A stretch of DNA of 64,000 nt from Octopus vulgaris (lineage: Eukaryota). The notes below the pieces were generated by a model. That model ran no database searches and was not told the DNA's origin. It saw only the letters and a list, made by a program, of their open reading frames with translations. The DNA is taken from assembly GCA_951406725.2 (NCBI GenBank), contig OX597815.1, forward strand, positions 45,508,001-45,572,000, given 5' to 3'. Position numbers and translations under genes: made by a program. Below are positions 12,331 to 25,782 of the stretch, in pieces (the first letter of the stretch is position 1; every line of letters starts with the position of its first letter).

Positions 12331-12685
12331 ACATTGCAATCCTATCAAATTCATTAACATGTTCCAGTAGAATCAAATGCAAATATGTTAATCACTGTTG
12401 CATTTCATCAATGGAGAACTCAGTAAATTTTATCATCCAGTAAACTGTATCATCAAATGGCTGTGGAGGTCCACCCAAGTAAAATAGGAATCAAAGGGGG
12501 TCTATAGGCAAAAAATTGTTGATAACCACTGTTCTATAAGATTATAAATTGTCATGTGGACAGTGGATAACGAGGATTAGAGTGATGGCTTACATATTCA
12601 TTCTTTGTATGATGTTCTAGAAGATATGAATATGAATATGCCACTTGCTGTTGTATTTTGTAGATATATATATATATATATATAT

Positions 12686-12888
12686 ATGAGGGGATGCTGA
12701 AAAGTTCCTAGTTTTGGGTAAAAGAAAATACAAGAGAATCAGCTAATTATGATTTTATTCAGATTCATACACTTATTGCAGTGATTCTTCAGTTTTTCTA
12801 AGTCCTGTAAAAGAACTTGGAGAGTTGGATCTCTAAACAGGCCTTTTGCAATACTCTTAAAGCCAAGAACTTTTCAGCAACCCCTCAT
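12686..12888. mobile_element. Mariner-type MITE
   Basis: tatgaggggatgctgaaaagttcc ... gaacttttcagcaacccctca, next to a (TA)n run. Confidence 0.75.
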
Positions 12889-13254
12889 CTGTGTGTATAT
12901 GTGTATTTATATATACAACAGACTTCTTTCAGTTTCCATCTACCAAATCCACTCACAAGGTTTTGGTCAGCTTGAAGGTGTAACAGAAAACACTTGCCCA
13001 AGTTGCCACACAGTGGGACTGAACCTGGAGCCATGTGGTAGGAAAGCAAACTTCTTACTACATAGTGATTTCTGTGCATATTTTGTCATTATGGATAATA
13101 CAATCATTATGAATGATACAATCCTGCCACACCTAAACCTATCAAAACCAATTAAGCAGAAGTAGCTTAACTGGTTCAGATAAAACCAAGGACAACTTTC
13201 AAACAACGCAAATAAAACATACTACAGAAATAAAAAAATTTAGAAAAAAAAAAA

Positions 13255-13625
13255 CGCACAGAGTGGCTGTGTGGTAAGTAGCTTGCTAATGAACCACATG
13301 GTTCTGGGTTCAGTCCCACTGCATGGCATCTTGGGCAAGTGTCTTCTACTATAGCCTCAGGCCGACCAAAGTGAGTGGATTTGGTATACGGAAACTGAAA
13401 GAAACCCATTGTATATATGTGTGTGTGGGTGTATTTGTCCCACCAACATCGCTTGACAACCGATGCTGGTGTGTTTATGTCCCCGTAACTTAGTGGTTCA
13501 GCAAAAGAGACCGATAGAATAAGTACTAGGCTTCCAAAGAATAAGTCCTGGGGTTGATTTGCTCGACTAAAGGCAGTGCTTCAGCATGGCCACAGTCAAA
13601 TGACTGAAACAAGTAAAAACAAAAA
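13255..13625 (+). mobile_element. SINE family A
   Basis: Head, core and tail as in 5789-6220. Confidence 0.9.
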
Positions 13626-14333
13626 AAAAAAAAATAAATAAAGGAAATAAATCATAGAAAACCCCCAGAAAAGTGAAAATCACTTGCATCCAATATAAAT
13701 TACAAAACAAACAGAAAAACTCTATAAAGTAATTATCAGCATCAACAACATCCATACTGCATCATACGTCACGATGATAATCTCATAAAGCAACGTCAGC
13801 AAAATAACTTTTCTAAAATCAGTCACAAAAAAAAACACAAAATGACTGGAATACAAAATTCAAAATATTTTTTCATCCTCCACAAACCACAGACACCACA
13901 AAAGCAATAAAGAAATTCTAAAGCTCAAAAACCTCAAGTCAAATAAATTTACAAATATGCACTTAAAATACATTGAGCTGAAAGAAGGATCTTCTTCAAT
14001 ACGGCATCATCTGCCTTAGAAGGTCAGCTCTTGAACAGTAGTTTTCTTATGTCATCCTTGATCTATTCACTTCAAGCACCTAGCACTTCTTTATACAACT
14101 GACATCCTCCAGCTCTCACATCTGGTCTCTTTAGTAGCCAGCAAGTTACAGAATGTGGAACCATAAAAAGGCTTCTCTCGGTCAATGAATGTTTGATAGA
14201 GATTTACTCTTACCTAAATATTTCTCCTGCAGTTGCCTCACAAGGGAAGAAGGAATTGGTAACAACTCTATCTAGCACAAAGGTGAACTACATTTCACGT
14301 AGCTTAATTCCCTTCCTAATCAATTGTACTACT

Positions 14334-14732
14334 CTTTTACTTGTTTCAGTCATTTGACTGTGGCCATGCTGGAGCACCACCTTTAGTCGAGCAAATCGAC
14401 GCCAAGACTTATTCTTTGGAAGCCTAGTACTTATTCTATCGGTCTCTTTTGCCGAACCACTAAGTTACAGGGATGTAAACACACCAGCATCGGTTGTCAA
14501 GCGATGTTGGGGGGACAAACATAGACACACAAACATATACACACCTACATATATATAGATATACATATAAACGACGGGCTTCTTTCAGTTTCCGTATACC
14601 AAATCCACTCACTTTGGTCGGCCTGAGGCTATAGTAGAAGACACCTGCCCAAGGTGCCACGAAGTAGGACTGAACCCGGAACCATGTGGTTCGTAAGCAA
14701 GCTACTTACCCCACAGCCACTCCTACACCTAC
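14334..14732 (-). mobile_element. SINE family A
   Basis: Reverse-complement full copy. Confidence 0.9.
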
Positions 14733-14806
14733 TATAATACTTTTTGAGAAACTTTCATTAACTTTCATTCAATTTGATGCCACTCTTGTAGTTTCACTCT
14801 CGAGAG

Positions 14807-15535
14807 CAGAAGTTCTCAACATGGGCAATACCACCTGAAAGTGGGTGCTGAGCATGTCAAAGGGGATGATAGGCTTTAGCAGGGAGTGAGGTAATATAAT
14901 TAACATACAAAATTTTATCTATAGTAGTAATTATATTAACTGGCACTTCATCGGTTACAATAACAAGGGTCCCAGTTGACCTGATCAACAGAACAGCCTG
15001 CTCATGAAATTAAGGTGCAAGTGGCTGCGCACCCCCCACAGACATATGTACTCATAACATAGTTCTCAGGAAGATTCAGTGTGACACAGAGTGTGAAATG
15101 GCTGGCCCTTTGACTTACAGGTACTACTCATTTTTGCCAGCTGAGTGGACTGGAGCAATGTAAAATATAGTGTCTTACTCAAGGACACAACATGCCACCA
15201 GTTTTCAAACTCATGACCTTATGATCATAAACCAAATACCCTAACCACTAATCCACCTTCGCTAGTAATTATATTACACATGATAAAACTAGTAATGGTT
15301 ATTAAAATAAAATGAGATCTCATCCTGCACAGTGGAGTCATTAATTTGCAACATATAAAGTAAATTTATAACTTTTGTCTTTATTAAATTTTTTTTATCA
15401 TTTCACTGTTAAAAACTTATACAATCCATTTTAAAGTAAAATTTATAAATTATCACTCTCCACTTAGGTGGGCACCAGGCATAACTACTTAGGTGGAGGG
15501 GAGCTCTACAAAAGAAAAATGGTTATGAACCATTG
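14807..15535. mobile_element. hAT (Charlie-like) MITE containing a SINE
   Basis: cagaagttctcaac ... ggttatgaaccattg; flanks ctcgagag / ctctaaag form an imperfect 8-bp TSD. Confidence 0.6.
14940..15262 (-). mobile_element. tRNA-derived SINE family C
   Basis: Reverse complement of 57460-57765 and 63555-63875 (gtgtccttgagcaagacac...tccactcagctgg core). Confidence 0.8.
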
Positions 15536-15543
15536 CTCTAAAG

Positions 15544-15866
15544 CAGTGGTTTTTTGAACAGGGGTCCACATGGCCCCTGAAGGTCCATATAAGATTTTGG
15601 GGATCCACAATAGTATATTAAAGGCCCCTGAAAATATTTTGTCGTATATGTATGTACATGTTATGTATTGCAAAAAACAGCTAGGTTTTTTTTTCTCTCT
15701 AACATTTACATAGTTCACCCTACACAAGTTAATGTGTGAAAAACAAAATAGGACTTTTGAAAGATGGTTTTATAAATCTAGTTTTGAAACATTGAAAGGT
15801 TATGGAGTCCACCAGAAAAAATAATTAAAATGGTCCATAGATAAAAAAAATGGTTGAGAACCCCTG
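15544..15866. mobile_element. hAT (Charlie-like) MITE
   Basis: cagtggttt ... ggttgagaacccctg with perfect 8-bp TSD ctctaaag at 15536-15543 and 15867-15874. Confidence 0.8.
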
Positions 15867-16289
15867 CTCTAAAGCATTTCCTCTGCCCTTGTAGCAATGG
15901 ACAATAGTGTTTCACTAACCACAGAATGTGATATCTCACTGCACTATCTGATTGGTTATATCACTGGCTTGTAAATGACCTTCCTTACCTTTATATCAGC
16001 TGCCTTCCTATATTACCTGCAGCTGCCTTCCTTACTTTTATATCAGTCACAGGCAAACTGTGGCTGCAGGATTATCTGAAAGGCATGTACAAGCAAAAAA
16101 AAAAAAGGAATGCAGCTCCAATAATGGACAGAGTCGACATCCACTTACAAAGTTGCAAAAGCAACAAAAATTTTGGAAGGAAAAATATAAATAATGAGTG
16201 GAAATCAAACCAGTGAGTGTGTTAGATAATAAGGCATTAAGACAACATAACTCTCCCCAGACACAACAAAACCAAAGGAAAATTTCCTT

Positions 16290-16790
16290 TAATGTTTTTT
16301 ACTAGTGCTGCCCACCAGATAAAGAGTTATGTCTCGTGATCCACTTCTCGTAAAAGACTACCCATGTCTTATGTCCTTAATTGCGCTCGCAACCATAGTC
16401 AACTTTAATGGGTAGTCCCTCTACTGGGTCTGTCTACATGTATTAAGCCAACTTCCTTCAATGCATTCTCCTCATAATAGGACTACCATGTCTCTTTCTT
16501 TTCAGCATTAGTAAGGGTAAGTATCTTGCCATCATTCCCTATAAATTTCTTCCCAACAATGTCTTGATTCTCTCTAATATACAACCACATAATCAGGAAC
16601 ACACATTCTCTCATTACGGAATGTGATTCACATTACAGAATATGTACAAACCTCTTCTTCCCTGCACCTTCTTTACAAAGTACTTTCAATGTCTAACTTT
16701 TCTTCAAGCTCTTAAGTATTTGTTCTGTGCCATCCCATTTTCAAGTCTCTCCAAGCATATTTCATATTTCCAGTTCTTCCAAACCTAATT
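16290..16790 (-). mobile_element. Highly degraded RTE-like ORF fragment
   Basis: Weak resemblance to the RTE segment upstream of the RT domain; no open frame. Confidence 0.35.
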
Positions 16791-17433
16791 CATGTATATG
16801 TAAGCATGCATGTTCTTGTGAGTTGCACTTCTTTTATCTGAGATTGTATTGTTGATGATAATGATGATGATGTGATACTGACAATGACAAATGATGGCTA
16901 TGATAATAATAAGAATCTGAACTCTTTCCAATTACAATATATCACTCAGGTTCAAATTACTAAAAATGACTTTCACCTATGGAGAAGCCTAAGTAGACAG
17001 GCACATTAACTTGTGCTGATGACACCTAAATAAACCTTTGCAAGTATATAAAGTTGTTTTGCGAGTAATGTTCAAAAAATTGTTTGTTAACATGCCAAAC
17101 AAATACTAACGTTGAATACAAAGAATATATGAAAAGCTTGATAGTATGCTTTCATATTATAGTATGTGATCTTTATCATGACTTTACAATGTGTAATAAA
17201 AGTTGAACAAGTCACTCACATACAGTAACAGCAAAAACCAACCAAATTTGGTGTTCAGTTCATTATACTGTACCATGTGAGAATTAAAGAGTCACCCCCA
17301 CTACTTTGTACCTGTTCAAAGATAAGTAATCTGTGGTGTGGTTTGCAGAGTCCACATTTCACTTTTATGTTCCATTTTTGGCATGTTTCTACTGGAGAAA
17401 CATTAAGCTCTTTGCCAATGATGAGTAAGTCGT

Positions 17434-18050
17434 ATGCTTGTCTCAAAGCTTAAACCATACTTGAAATTTGCATCACTAGTCTGGAACCTCTCTCTTGCTC
17501 AGGACATTGACCTCCTGGAAACTGTTCAGAGATATGCAACCAAGCGAATACCTTCCATCAGACATCTACCATACTCTGACACCTTATTCCCTGGACATAG
17601 ATACATTGAAGCTCCAGATCTGGCAACTGACTTGGTAAACCTTCAAAAAAAATATTAACCATTATGCCAACAACTGCCTTGAGCACCTTTTTGAGCTTCA
17701 TGTGTCTAACACACGTGGGTATGCCTAGAAAGTCAGAAAACAGCACAGCCTCCATGAGTTTTGGAAAAATTTTTTCACACTCAGAGTTACCGAAGCATGG
17801 AACAAACTACCTGCATCAGTTGTTGGTTGCCGAAGCAATGCATCCTTTAAAACTTCCATGTTTCCTGAAATTCACCAACACTACACCTGTCATCCCACTC
17901 TCCATATGCATGCATGTATACCATGACTCATACACTGATTACTTTACTGACTTTTGTACATAATTCTATGTACTGTACATGAACCTTTGATGAGTTGTGA
18001 TGCACCTGAGCACTATACACAATAATTTCATTATTATTTATTATTATACA
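17434..18050 (+). mobile_element. CR1-type LINE 3' end
   Basis: KPYLKFASLVWN...DIDLLETVQRYATKRIPSIRHLPYS is the CR1 RT C-terminus; 3' UTR ends in (ATT)n. Confidence 0.8.
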
Positions 18051-18196
18051 TCCTTCTGTTTATCTCAAAAATTACACATGCTGTTAAATGAATGTTCCTA
18101 TCAGCCTTATAATTTCTATCTTTTGTTAAAATAAGTCATTCCCTTACATCTTGTGTGCAGATATAATTGTCTCTGTATAAATATATTATACATATA

Positions 18197-18592
18197 GGCG
18201 CAGGAGTGACTGTGTGGTAAGTAGCTTGCTAACCAACCATATGGTTCCAGGTTCAGTCCCACTGCATGGCATCTTGGGCAAGTGTCTTCTGCTATAGCCC
18301 CAAGCCGACCAATGCCTTGTGAGTGGATTTGGTAGACAGAAACTCAAAGAAGCCCGTCGTATATATGTATATATATATGTATGTGTTTGTGTGTCTGTGT
18401 TTGTCCCCCTAGCATTGCTTGACAACCGATGCTGGTGTGTTTACGTCCCCGTCACTTAGCGGTTCGGCAAAAGAGACCGATAGAATAAGTACTGGGCTTA
18501 CAAAGAATAAGTCCCGGGGTTGATTTGCTCGACTAAAGGCGGTGCTCCAGCATGGCCGCAGTCAAATGACTGAAACAAGTAAAAAAAAAAAA
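18197..18592 (+). mobile_element. SINE family A, young copy
   Basis: CpGs retained; full head to poly(A). Confidence 0.92.
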
Positions 18593-19124
18593 TGTGTGGG
18601 TGGGGAGAGGGAGGGATGTGTATAGAAATATGTGCATACACACACACACACACAAAATCATCTATATGCCAGGTAATTCTTCTGGTTCACTTTTTTCTCT
18701 AGCTTAGGTATGTATATAAAATATAAATCTTCATCCCACTACTATTTATCTTCCAGTATATCTCAAGAGAAATATGACGCAGAGATAATATGCTTAGAAT
18801 GTATTACAAACAATTTAATGACAATAACATATTATATAATCTGCTAGCTGTATGTCAAGAAAGACTAATATGAAATGGGGGTATCCCATTGTCTAGTTAC
18901 TAAGGTAACTAAAATTACTAAGATTACATTACAGCCTACTTATTTCTGTCAAATGTTTTAGTCCTGAAACAAGTAACATATGAAACTACCAAAAATGTAA
19001 GTTTATCACTGATGTGCATAAATATCCACCACCAACAAGCATTTGCTGCACACTCATACACATGCACACCTACGTGTGCATAGATATTGTATGCACAAGG
19101 GTATATGTGAATGTTTATATATTG

Positions 19125-19330
19125 GTTTCAAATTTTGGCACAAGGCCAGCAATTTTAGGGGAAGGGGTTTAGTGAATTACATCGACCCCCACCCAGTGTT
19201 CAACTAGTACTTATCTTATCAATTCCAAAAGAGTGAAAGATAAAGTTAATCTCAGCGGAATGTGGACTCAGAACATAAGAATGGACAAAATGCCACTAGA
19301 CATGCTAACACTTCTGTCAGCTCACCACCT
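19125..19330 (-). mobile_element. SINE family B
   Basis: Degraded reverse-strand copy. Confidence 0.65.
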
Positions 19331-19371
19331 TGTATATTTATGGCTAGAAAGTATTACAAAACATATCTTTC

Positions 19372-19760
19372 ATCTTTTACTTGTTCCAGTTATCTGACTG
19401 TAGCCATGCTGGGGAACTGCCTGGAAATTTTAGTTGAATGTATCAACCTCAGTACTTATTTTTTTAAAGCCTGGTACTTACTCTATTGGTGTCTTTTGCC
19501 AAACCACTAAGTCATAATGACACACATAAACACACCAGCATGGGTTGTCATGTGGTGGTGGTGGTGGTGGGGGACAAACGCAGACACAAAGACACGCACA
19601 CAGATATACATATATACAATGGGCTAGTTTTAGCTTCTGTCTAACACATCCAGTCAAAGGCTCTGGTCAACCCAAGGCTATAGCAGAAGACACTTGCCCA
19701 AGGTGCCATGCTGTGGGACTGAACCCAGAGCCATGTGGTTGGGAAGCAAGCTTCATACAT
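19372..19760 (-). mobile_element. SINE family A, old copy
   Basis: gaagacacttgcccaaggtgccatgc...actgaacccagagccatgtggtt. Confidence 0.75.
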
Positions 19761-20407
19761 ACCTGCACAACTGTATTATGACAAACATAAACAATACATA
19801 TATGCAAAATGTTTGTGGACACAAAAATAAGGATCAGCTGTACAGACATGTTTTGATCTGATTTGGGCTCATTGTCAGCAGATGTAGCCCCATCTTTAAA
19901 AATCCACAAATACAACTTGCATATTTAATCCTTTTTTGACAGCTTATTTGAACATTAAATTACAGGCATGTTAAATGTATTTTGATTTCTTGCTACAATG
20001 TAAGTATGGAATATACACATAGATTTAATGCCAACATGGTGTGTTAAAAATGGTGCAGCTATAAGTATGAATGGACAAATGGAGATTAGATATTGTATAC
20101 TACAAATCAGTGGCAAAGGGTAACTTGGAAACCAGAGCATGTAGGCCAATCACAAAAGCAGAGAGTTTGACAGTGGAGCCTTACTCTGCTTTTAGTGCTA
20201 AAATTCAATCAGAGTTCTCATGGCATTCGAAGAAAACTCATCCCAATCCTTGCCAAGCAAATCAAGGACAAACTTTTAATGAGAGCAATCACTATTAAGT
20301 TGGCCCATATATCCTAATTGCTCTACCAGTGAGGATTTACATATGTATTCATGTTCAGCCTTGCATTAAATAAATCTCAAGTTAAATATTTGTGATTTTT
20401 GCTTCTT

Positions 20408-20623
20408 AATTACATTTGACGGATATTTGTCATCTTGTTTGTTGTTAACACATTTCGGCTGATATACCTTCCAGCCTTCATCAGGTGCCTTGGGGAAATT
20501 TTGAACCTGGGTTCTCATTCCTAAGATATTTTTCAATGTTATTATTATTATTATGCAGGTCACTGCCTGGAATCAAACTTGGAATCTTGGGGTTAGTAGC
20601 CCGCACTCTTAACCACAATGCTG
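20408..20623 (-). mobile_element. tRNA-headed SINE-like element with hammerhead-like tail
   Basis: Head gtggttaagagtgcgggctactaaccccaagattccaagtttgattcc, (ATA)n linker, then ggcacCTGATGAaggctg..cagccGAAAtgtgtt. Confidence 0.7.
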
Positions 20624-21290
20624 TATTTAAAAATATCCCAGGAAATACAATTTTGTTGAATAAAGTGGATACTTATTGAGTTGAATAATTCCAGTGTGTC
20701 TCAGGTAACTTTGGAAATAGTTTTCCAATGATTTCATCCAGTAGGGCCATTCAAGACGTCGGCTTTGAGAAAGTCCTTTTAAAGTTTGGAAGGAAAATTA
20801 AACATTCATGAATATTTTAAGCTGATTCCCAGCATTACTATATTTCCTTTTCGTCCATTGACTACTAGCAGTTGATGTATTCATCTCAGATGAACAAATG
20901 ATACTCCCAATTTCATTGCACAAAGCCTCTTAAATTACTTCATTTCAATCATTCAAGTAGAAGCATTATCTATTCTCTAACTTTTTTTCAATGCAGTGGA
21001 TTTAACTAACTAGCAAACAATTAAGCTATTCATTTGTTTTTATTCATTTTTATTTATGCTTCCTATTATGTTTCCTCCATGTACAAGCAACATAAAATAC
21101 ATGTTTGTCAATGTAAGAACACATGACTGCAAGTTTGTCTGATGAATTGCTATTCCAATATAATCAACTACACATATTGCAGAAATGCACATCAAGCATT
21201 CCCACCAGCTACAGCTTGAACTATTTTCATTGGCCTCCAATATATGTTGTATTTTTAAACACAGCAAGACCTAATATCTTCAAACGAATA

Positions 21291-21802
21291 CCATAAATCC
21301 TCGTGTATAATCCGCATTTTTCCCCCAAAATTTAAAGGTCAAAATCCCTAGTGCATACTATATACGAGGTTAAAAAGGAAAATTATTTTCTAAGCAATGT
21401 CTGAGTCTCTATTTGCTGTCCGGCAATGTTTATTCAGATGCATTTTGTGATGTAGGGTGTGAAAATACCTTAAGCTAAGCCTGAAAGCAATGAAGTAATA
21501 AAATAATCTTACATTACTTGCAGTAAGCAACATTTATTAAACTTTATTACTGTTATTACTCTATTTTCTGCAAACAAAATGCACAAAAAAGCTACACGTT
21601 TGCATTATGTTATATATACAATAATAACAAAGGACATTACCGTATGCAGTTTTACAAACCAAGGACGTTATATAGACCTCTTTGACTCAAGTTAGAGAAG
21701 GGGTGCATATTATACACAAAGTTTAGGTTTTTCAGAGATACAGCCCCCTAAAAATCCCCTGCGTATTATACTCAAGGGCGGACTATACTCAAGGATTTAT
21801 GG
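21291..21802. mobile_element. Tc2/pogo-like MITE
   Basis: TIRs ccataaatcctcgtgtataatccgc / gcggactatactcaaggatttatgg. Confidence 0.75.
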
Positions 21803-23099
21803 TGCTACAGTAAATTACTTTCTAGGATATATTTACATTAACCCCATAGCATTTAATCCGGCAACATCCAGCCCAAATGTTCAAACTGGCCAGATCCTAC
21901 TTCTCACACCTACCTTACAATGTCAGTCTAAAAATAATCAAGTCATCAAAATCTTCAAGCTACAAGATAATGCATGATTAACTCAGAACAATGCGTATGT
22001 GTGAGGATAGTGGTTAAAGCATTGCACTCATGATCACAAGATTGTGGGTTCAATTCCTATATCAGCCAGTGTGCTGTGTCCTTGAGCAAAACACTTCAAT
22101 TCGCATTGCTTTGTGATCACTTCAACATCTGACATGTGGCACACCATGTGTTTGTACATGCAATATCAATTTGATGGAAGGAGTGCACTAATGTACAGCA
22201 CAAACATTTTGTCCAGTGTATTTAATGATTCTGCCATTTCCCCACCTTCATTAATAAAATATTGAAAACAAATTAATATGTCACAGTCTGTTGACACAAA
22301 CTCACAGACAATTACTTGCAGAATGTTAGCAGGTGTGTGGAAAATTCACATGATCCCATTATACCTGCTTCCCTAGCATGCATAACCCACACCTGATATG
22401 TCTCTTATATGATTTAACGAATGTATTACTTTTAAGAAACATTTTTTGATTATTTAAATTCTCCTACAAAGATAAAAGGAATGTTAAACTTCTTTCTGCT
22501 TCTTGGCTATATACAATGAATGGATGACAATAAAACCGTAATGGTATTGTGCCAGTCTGATGGCCTATTGCAGTAAACAAAAAACATCATAGCCAGAAAT
22601 ACTAGTTTTACATTTTATTACAGCAATTTATTTGATCAAAATAAAAACAACTTAATTTGAAAGAATATAAAGTAGTTTGTAACAAATTTATGGTTTCATG
22701 CTTTAATCCAATATACTGTCACAGTATTCTCTTTACATACACAGCACTCCTGCATTTTCAGCATTTACACTTGCTATATCCAGCCAAAATATTCTGCCTA
22801 CTTTAAGTTCAAACTGCCCAGACCTTGCCTCTCCCACCTACCCTACAATGTCATTCTACAAATAAACAATAACATCATGAAAATTTTGATGCTACAAGAC
22901 AATATATTATTAATTCAAAAATATTTTAATAAATTAGCATTACATTTAACAAAATAATAATCTAAATGCTATATGGCTAGAATATCTTTCAGTAGGTGTA
23001 TGGTGAAACATACTAAATTTGTTTTTTCCCCACAAATTATACTTGCAAAATAGAGATGCATCTTATAGAGAGTGCATCTTACAGTATTTACAGATCTCT

Positions 23100-23900
23100 T
23101 TTTATTTTTCTCCATTTTCTAAGTTTTCTCTTTTACTGGCATCAGACTGTGGCCATGCTGGAGTACCATCTTGAAGAAGTTTAGTCAAATGAATCGACTC
23201 CAGTACTCTTTCCTTTTTACTTCTTTCTGTCATTTGACTGTGGCCATGCTGGAGCACCGCCTTTAGTCGAGCAAATCGACCCCAGGACTTATTCTTTGGA
23301 AGCCTAGTACTTATTCTATCGATCTCTTTTGCTGAACCACTAACTTACGGGGATGTAAACACACCAGCATCGGTTGTCAAGCAATGTTGGGGGAACAAAC
23401 ACAAACATATATATACATATATACGACAGGCTTCTTTCAGTTTCCGTCTCCCAAATCCACTCACAAGGCTTTGGTCAGCCTGAGGCTATAGTAGAAGACA
23501 CTTGCCCAAGGTGTCACGCAGTAGGACCGAACCCAGAACCATGTGGTTGGTAAGCAAGCTACTTACCACACAGCCACTCCTACGTCTTTTTTTTTTTTTT
23601 AAGCCTTGTACTTATTCTGTCAGTGTGTTTTGCAAAACTGCTAAGTTACGGGGATGTAAACACGAAGACTGGTTATCAAGCAGTAACAGGAGGGGGGGGG
23701 GGACAAGCACAGACGCAAATATATACATATATATGACAGGGGTCTTTCAGTTTCCATCTACCAGATACACTCTCAAGGCTCTGGTTAGCCTAAGGCTTTA
23801 ATAGAAGACACTTGCCCAAGTTGCCATGCAGTGGGATGGAACCCATAACCATGAGGTTGGGAAGCAAGCTTCTTGCCACACAACCACTCCTGTGCCTATA
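23100..23900 (-). mobile_element. Nested family A SINEs
   Basis: A younger copy at about 23213-23583 interrupts an older copy (23100-23210 plus 23600-23900). Confidence 0.8.
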
Positions 23901-24141
23901 CTGTTTACTTTTGCAAATTTTACTTTTCACTGAATTATTGAAATTACAAGTTGCTCAATGTGGTCAAGTTTCCTGAAACCCAACAAAAAGTATTTGTCAA
24001 TTACAAATTTGAGCATACCTACACAAATATACCCCACCAACTTTGTTTCCCCATAACTTTCAGAAAATGGGTCTTTTTTAATGAAATTTTCTACAAATAC
24101 TTAACAGATGATGTAAATTCCAGATATATCATATGCATATA

Positions 24142-25782
24142 TCTCTTATTATAAAAGGCAGATTTTATCTGCCTCCCTTTGTATCTTATAGAAATCTACA
24201 ATATAGGATTTCTTCAATTACAATTTACCTAGCATTTTTAAGAGTAGAATGCATCGGGTCGTGCCAGGTCCAGTTTTTAAAATTTCAACCCCAATTAAGC
24301 AAAATTTAGAGAAAACTCACATTGTGGTGTATAAGTCAAATGCTTTTCTTAGTGCAGCCTACACCACATGCACACGCACAGTGTGCAACGAATAAAGTGA
24401 AAGTAATTCACTTTTTGTACTGAGTGACTCTTTCACTCTGCCACTTCCTCTTTACACACATAGACACGCAAATATATAAATAAAATTGTAAGCTAACGTG
24501 TGTGTGTGTGCGTGTGTGTGTGTGTGTGCGTGTGTGTGAGGGTGCGTATGTGTGTGTGTGTGTGTGCGTGTGCGTGAGTGTGTGACAGGAAAGTTTTTTA
24601 GGACGAATATAAGACCTATATCCAAGTAGCAGAAAGATCGCCCAAAAGTGTATATAGATATTTAAATGTATTTATATATTCATCTATACACAGATGTATG
24701 TATAATGTGTGTGTATATATTTCTATAGAGGTAACCTTTCACTCCATACAAAGTTTTTTAGGACAAAAATAAGATCTAAAGTTATCTCTAAGTAGCACAA
24801 AGATCGCCCAAAAGTGTATATAGATATATAAATGTATTTATATATTCATCTATACACACATGTATGTATAATGTGCGTGTATATATTTCCATAGAGGTAA
24901 CCATTCAATCCATACAAAGTTTTTTAGGACGAAAATATTTATATATAAAAGAAAGGTTGTGTGTCTGTCTACTCCGATTTAGATTCCTAACTACTCCCAC
25001 ATTTTGCGATGCAGTTTAACCAAAACCGGGTATCTTATAGTCGTGATTCATATCGAGCCATTCTGGGTATTAGCGTGTGTCTATGATGAGTCTATGATTT
25101 TACAAATAATTTACCATCATTTTTTTCCATTTTAATGCATATTTTTTTAAATAAAGGGAAGTAACTCTCAAACTTCACACCAATATGCGTGCTCATATGC
25201 GACGTAATATCACATCAGCAGCATTTCCTCACACCCTCCTTGCACTTGGCGAAGGCAAAATACCAGGGGATGAAAATGGTAATATTGCCATCGATTCCAT
25301 TTGTACCATTGTTAAGACGCCTTCTGATCTCAGAGATGCAGTGTTCCCAGATCTACAAGCTAATTATCAGAATATGGATTGGATTGGCAAAAAGGCTATA
25401 CTGGCCCCGAGGAATAAAACTGTTCACCATATTAATGATGAAATGCTAAAACTCATTCCTGGGGAAGTCTATGTATATCAGTCTATCGATACAACTCCTG
25501 ACCCAGAGGACGTCATCAACTATCCAATAGAGGTACTCAATTCCTTTGAGCACCCCGAACTACCACCACACTTTCTCAAACTTAAAGTTGGTGCCCCTAT
25601 AATGCTCATCAGAAATTTGGTTCCCCCAAAACAATGCAATGGCACACGTTTGATCGTTAAGTCCTTATCTCCCACAGTAAGCTTATATCAATATTTGCCT
25701 GAATAATCATCATAATTCAGTGCAATCATTAACAGTACTTTCAAGCAATTCAGCCCTGAGCAACGCTGGGCAATTCTGCTAG
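24142..25782 (+). mobile_element. Composite non-autonomous Helitron with PIF1 helicase fragment
   Basis: A|TC start, internal ~165-bp tandem duplication, a second 5'-end-like segment at ~24940, 3' hairpin ccctgagcaacgctggg and CTAG|T. Confidence 0.85.
25185..25706 (+). pseudogene. Helitron PIF1-type helicase fragment
   Basis: KAILAPRN, YPIEVLNS..PELPPHFLKLKVGAPIMLIRNL..CNGTRLIV are PIF1/Helitron helicase motifs. Confidence 0.9.

Noticed and set aside
19780-21270. Possible decayed transposase-like coding remnants flanking the hammerhead SINE
   Set aside because: Only faint motifs such as VIGLHAL; cannot be assigned without a search.
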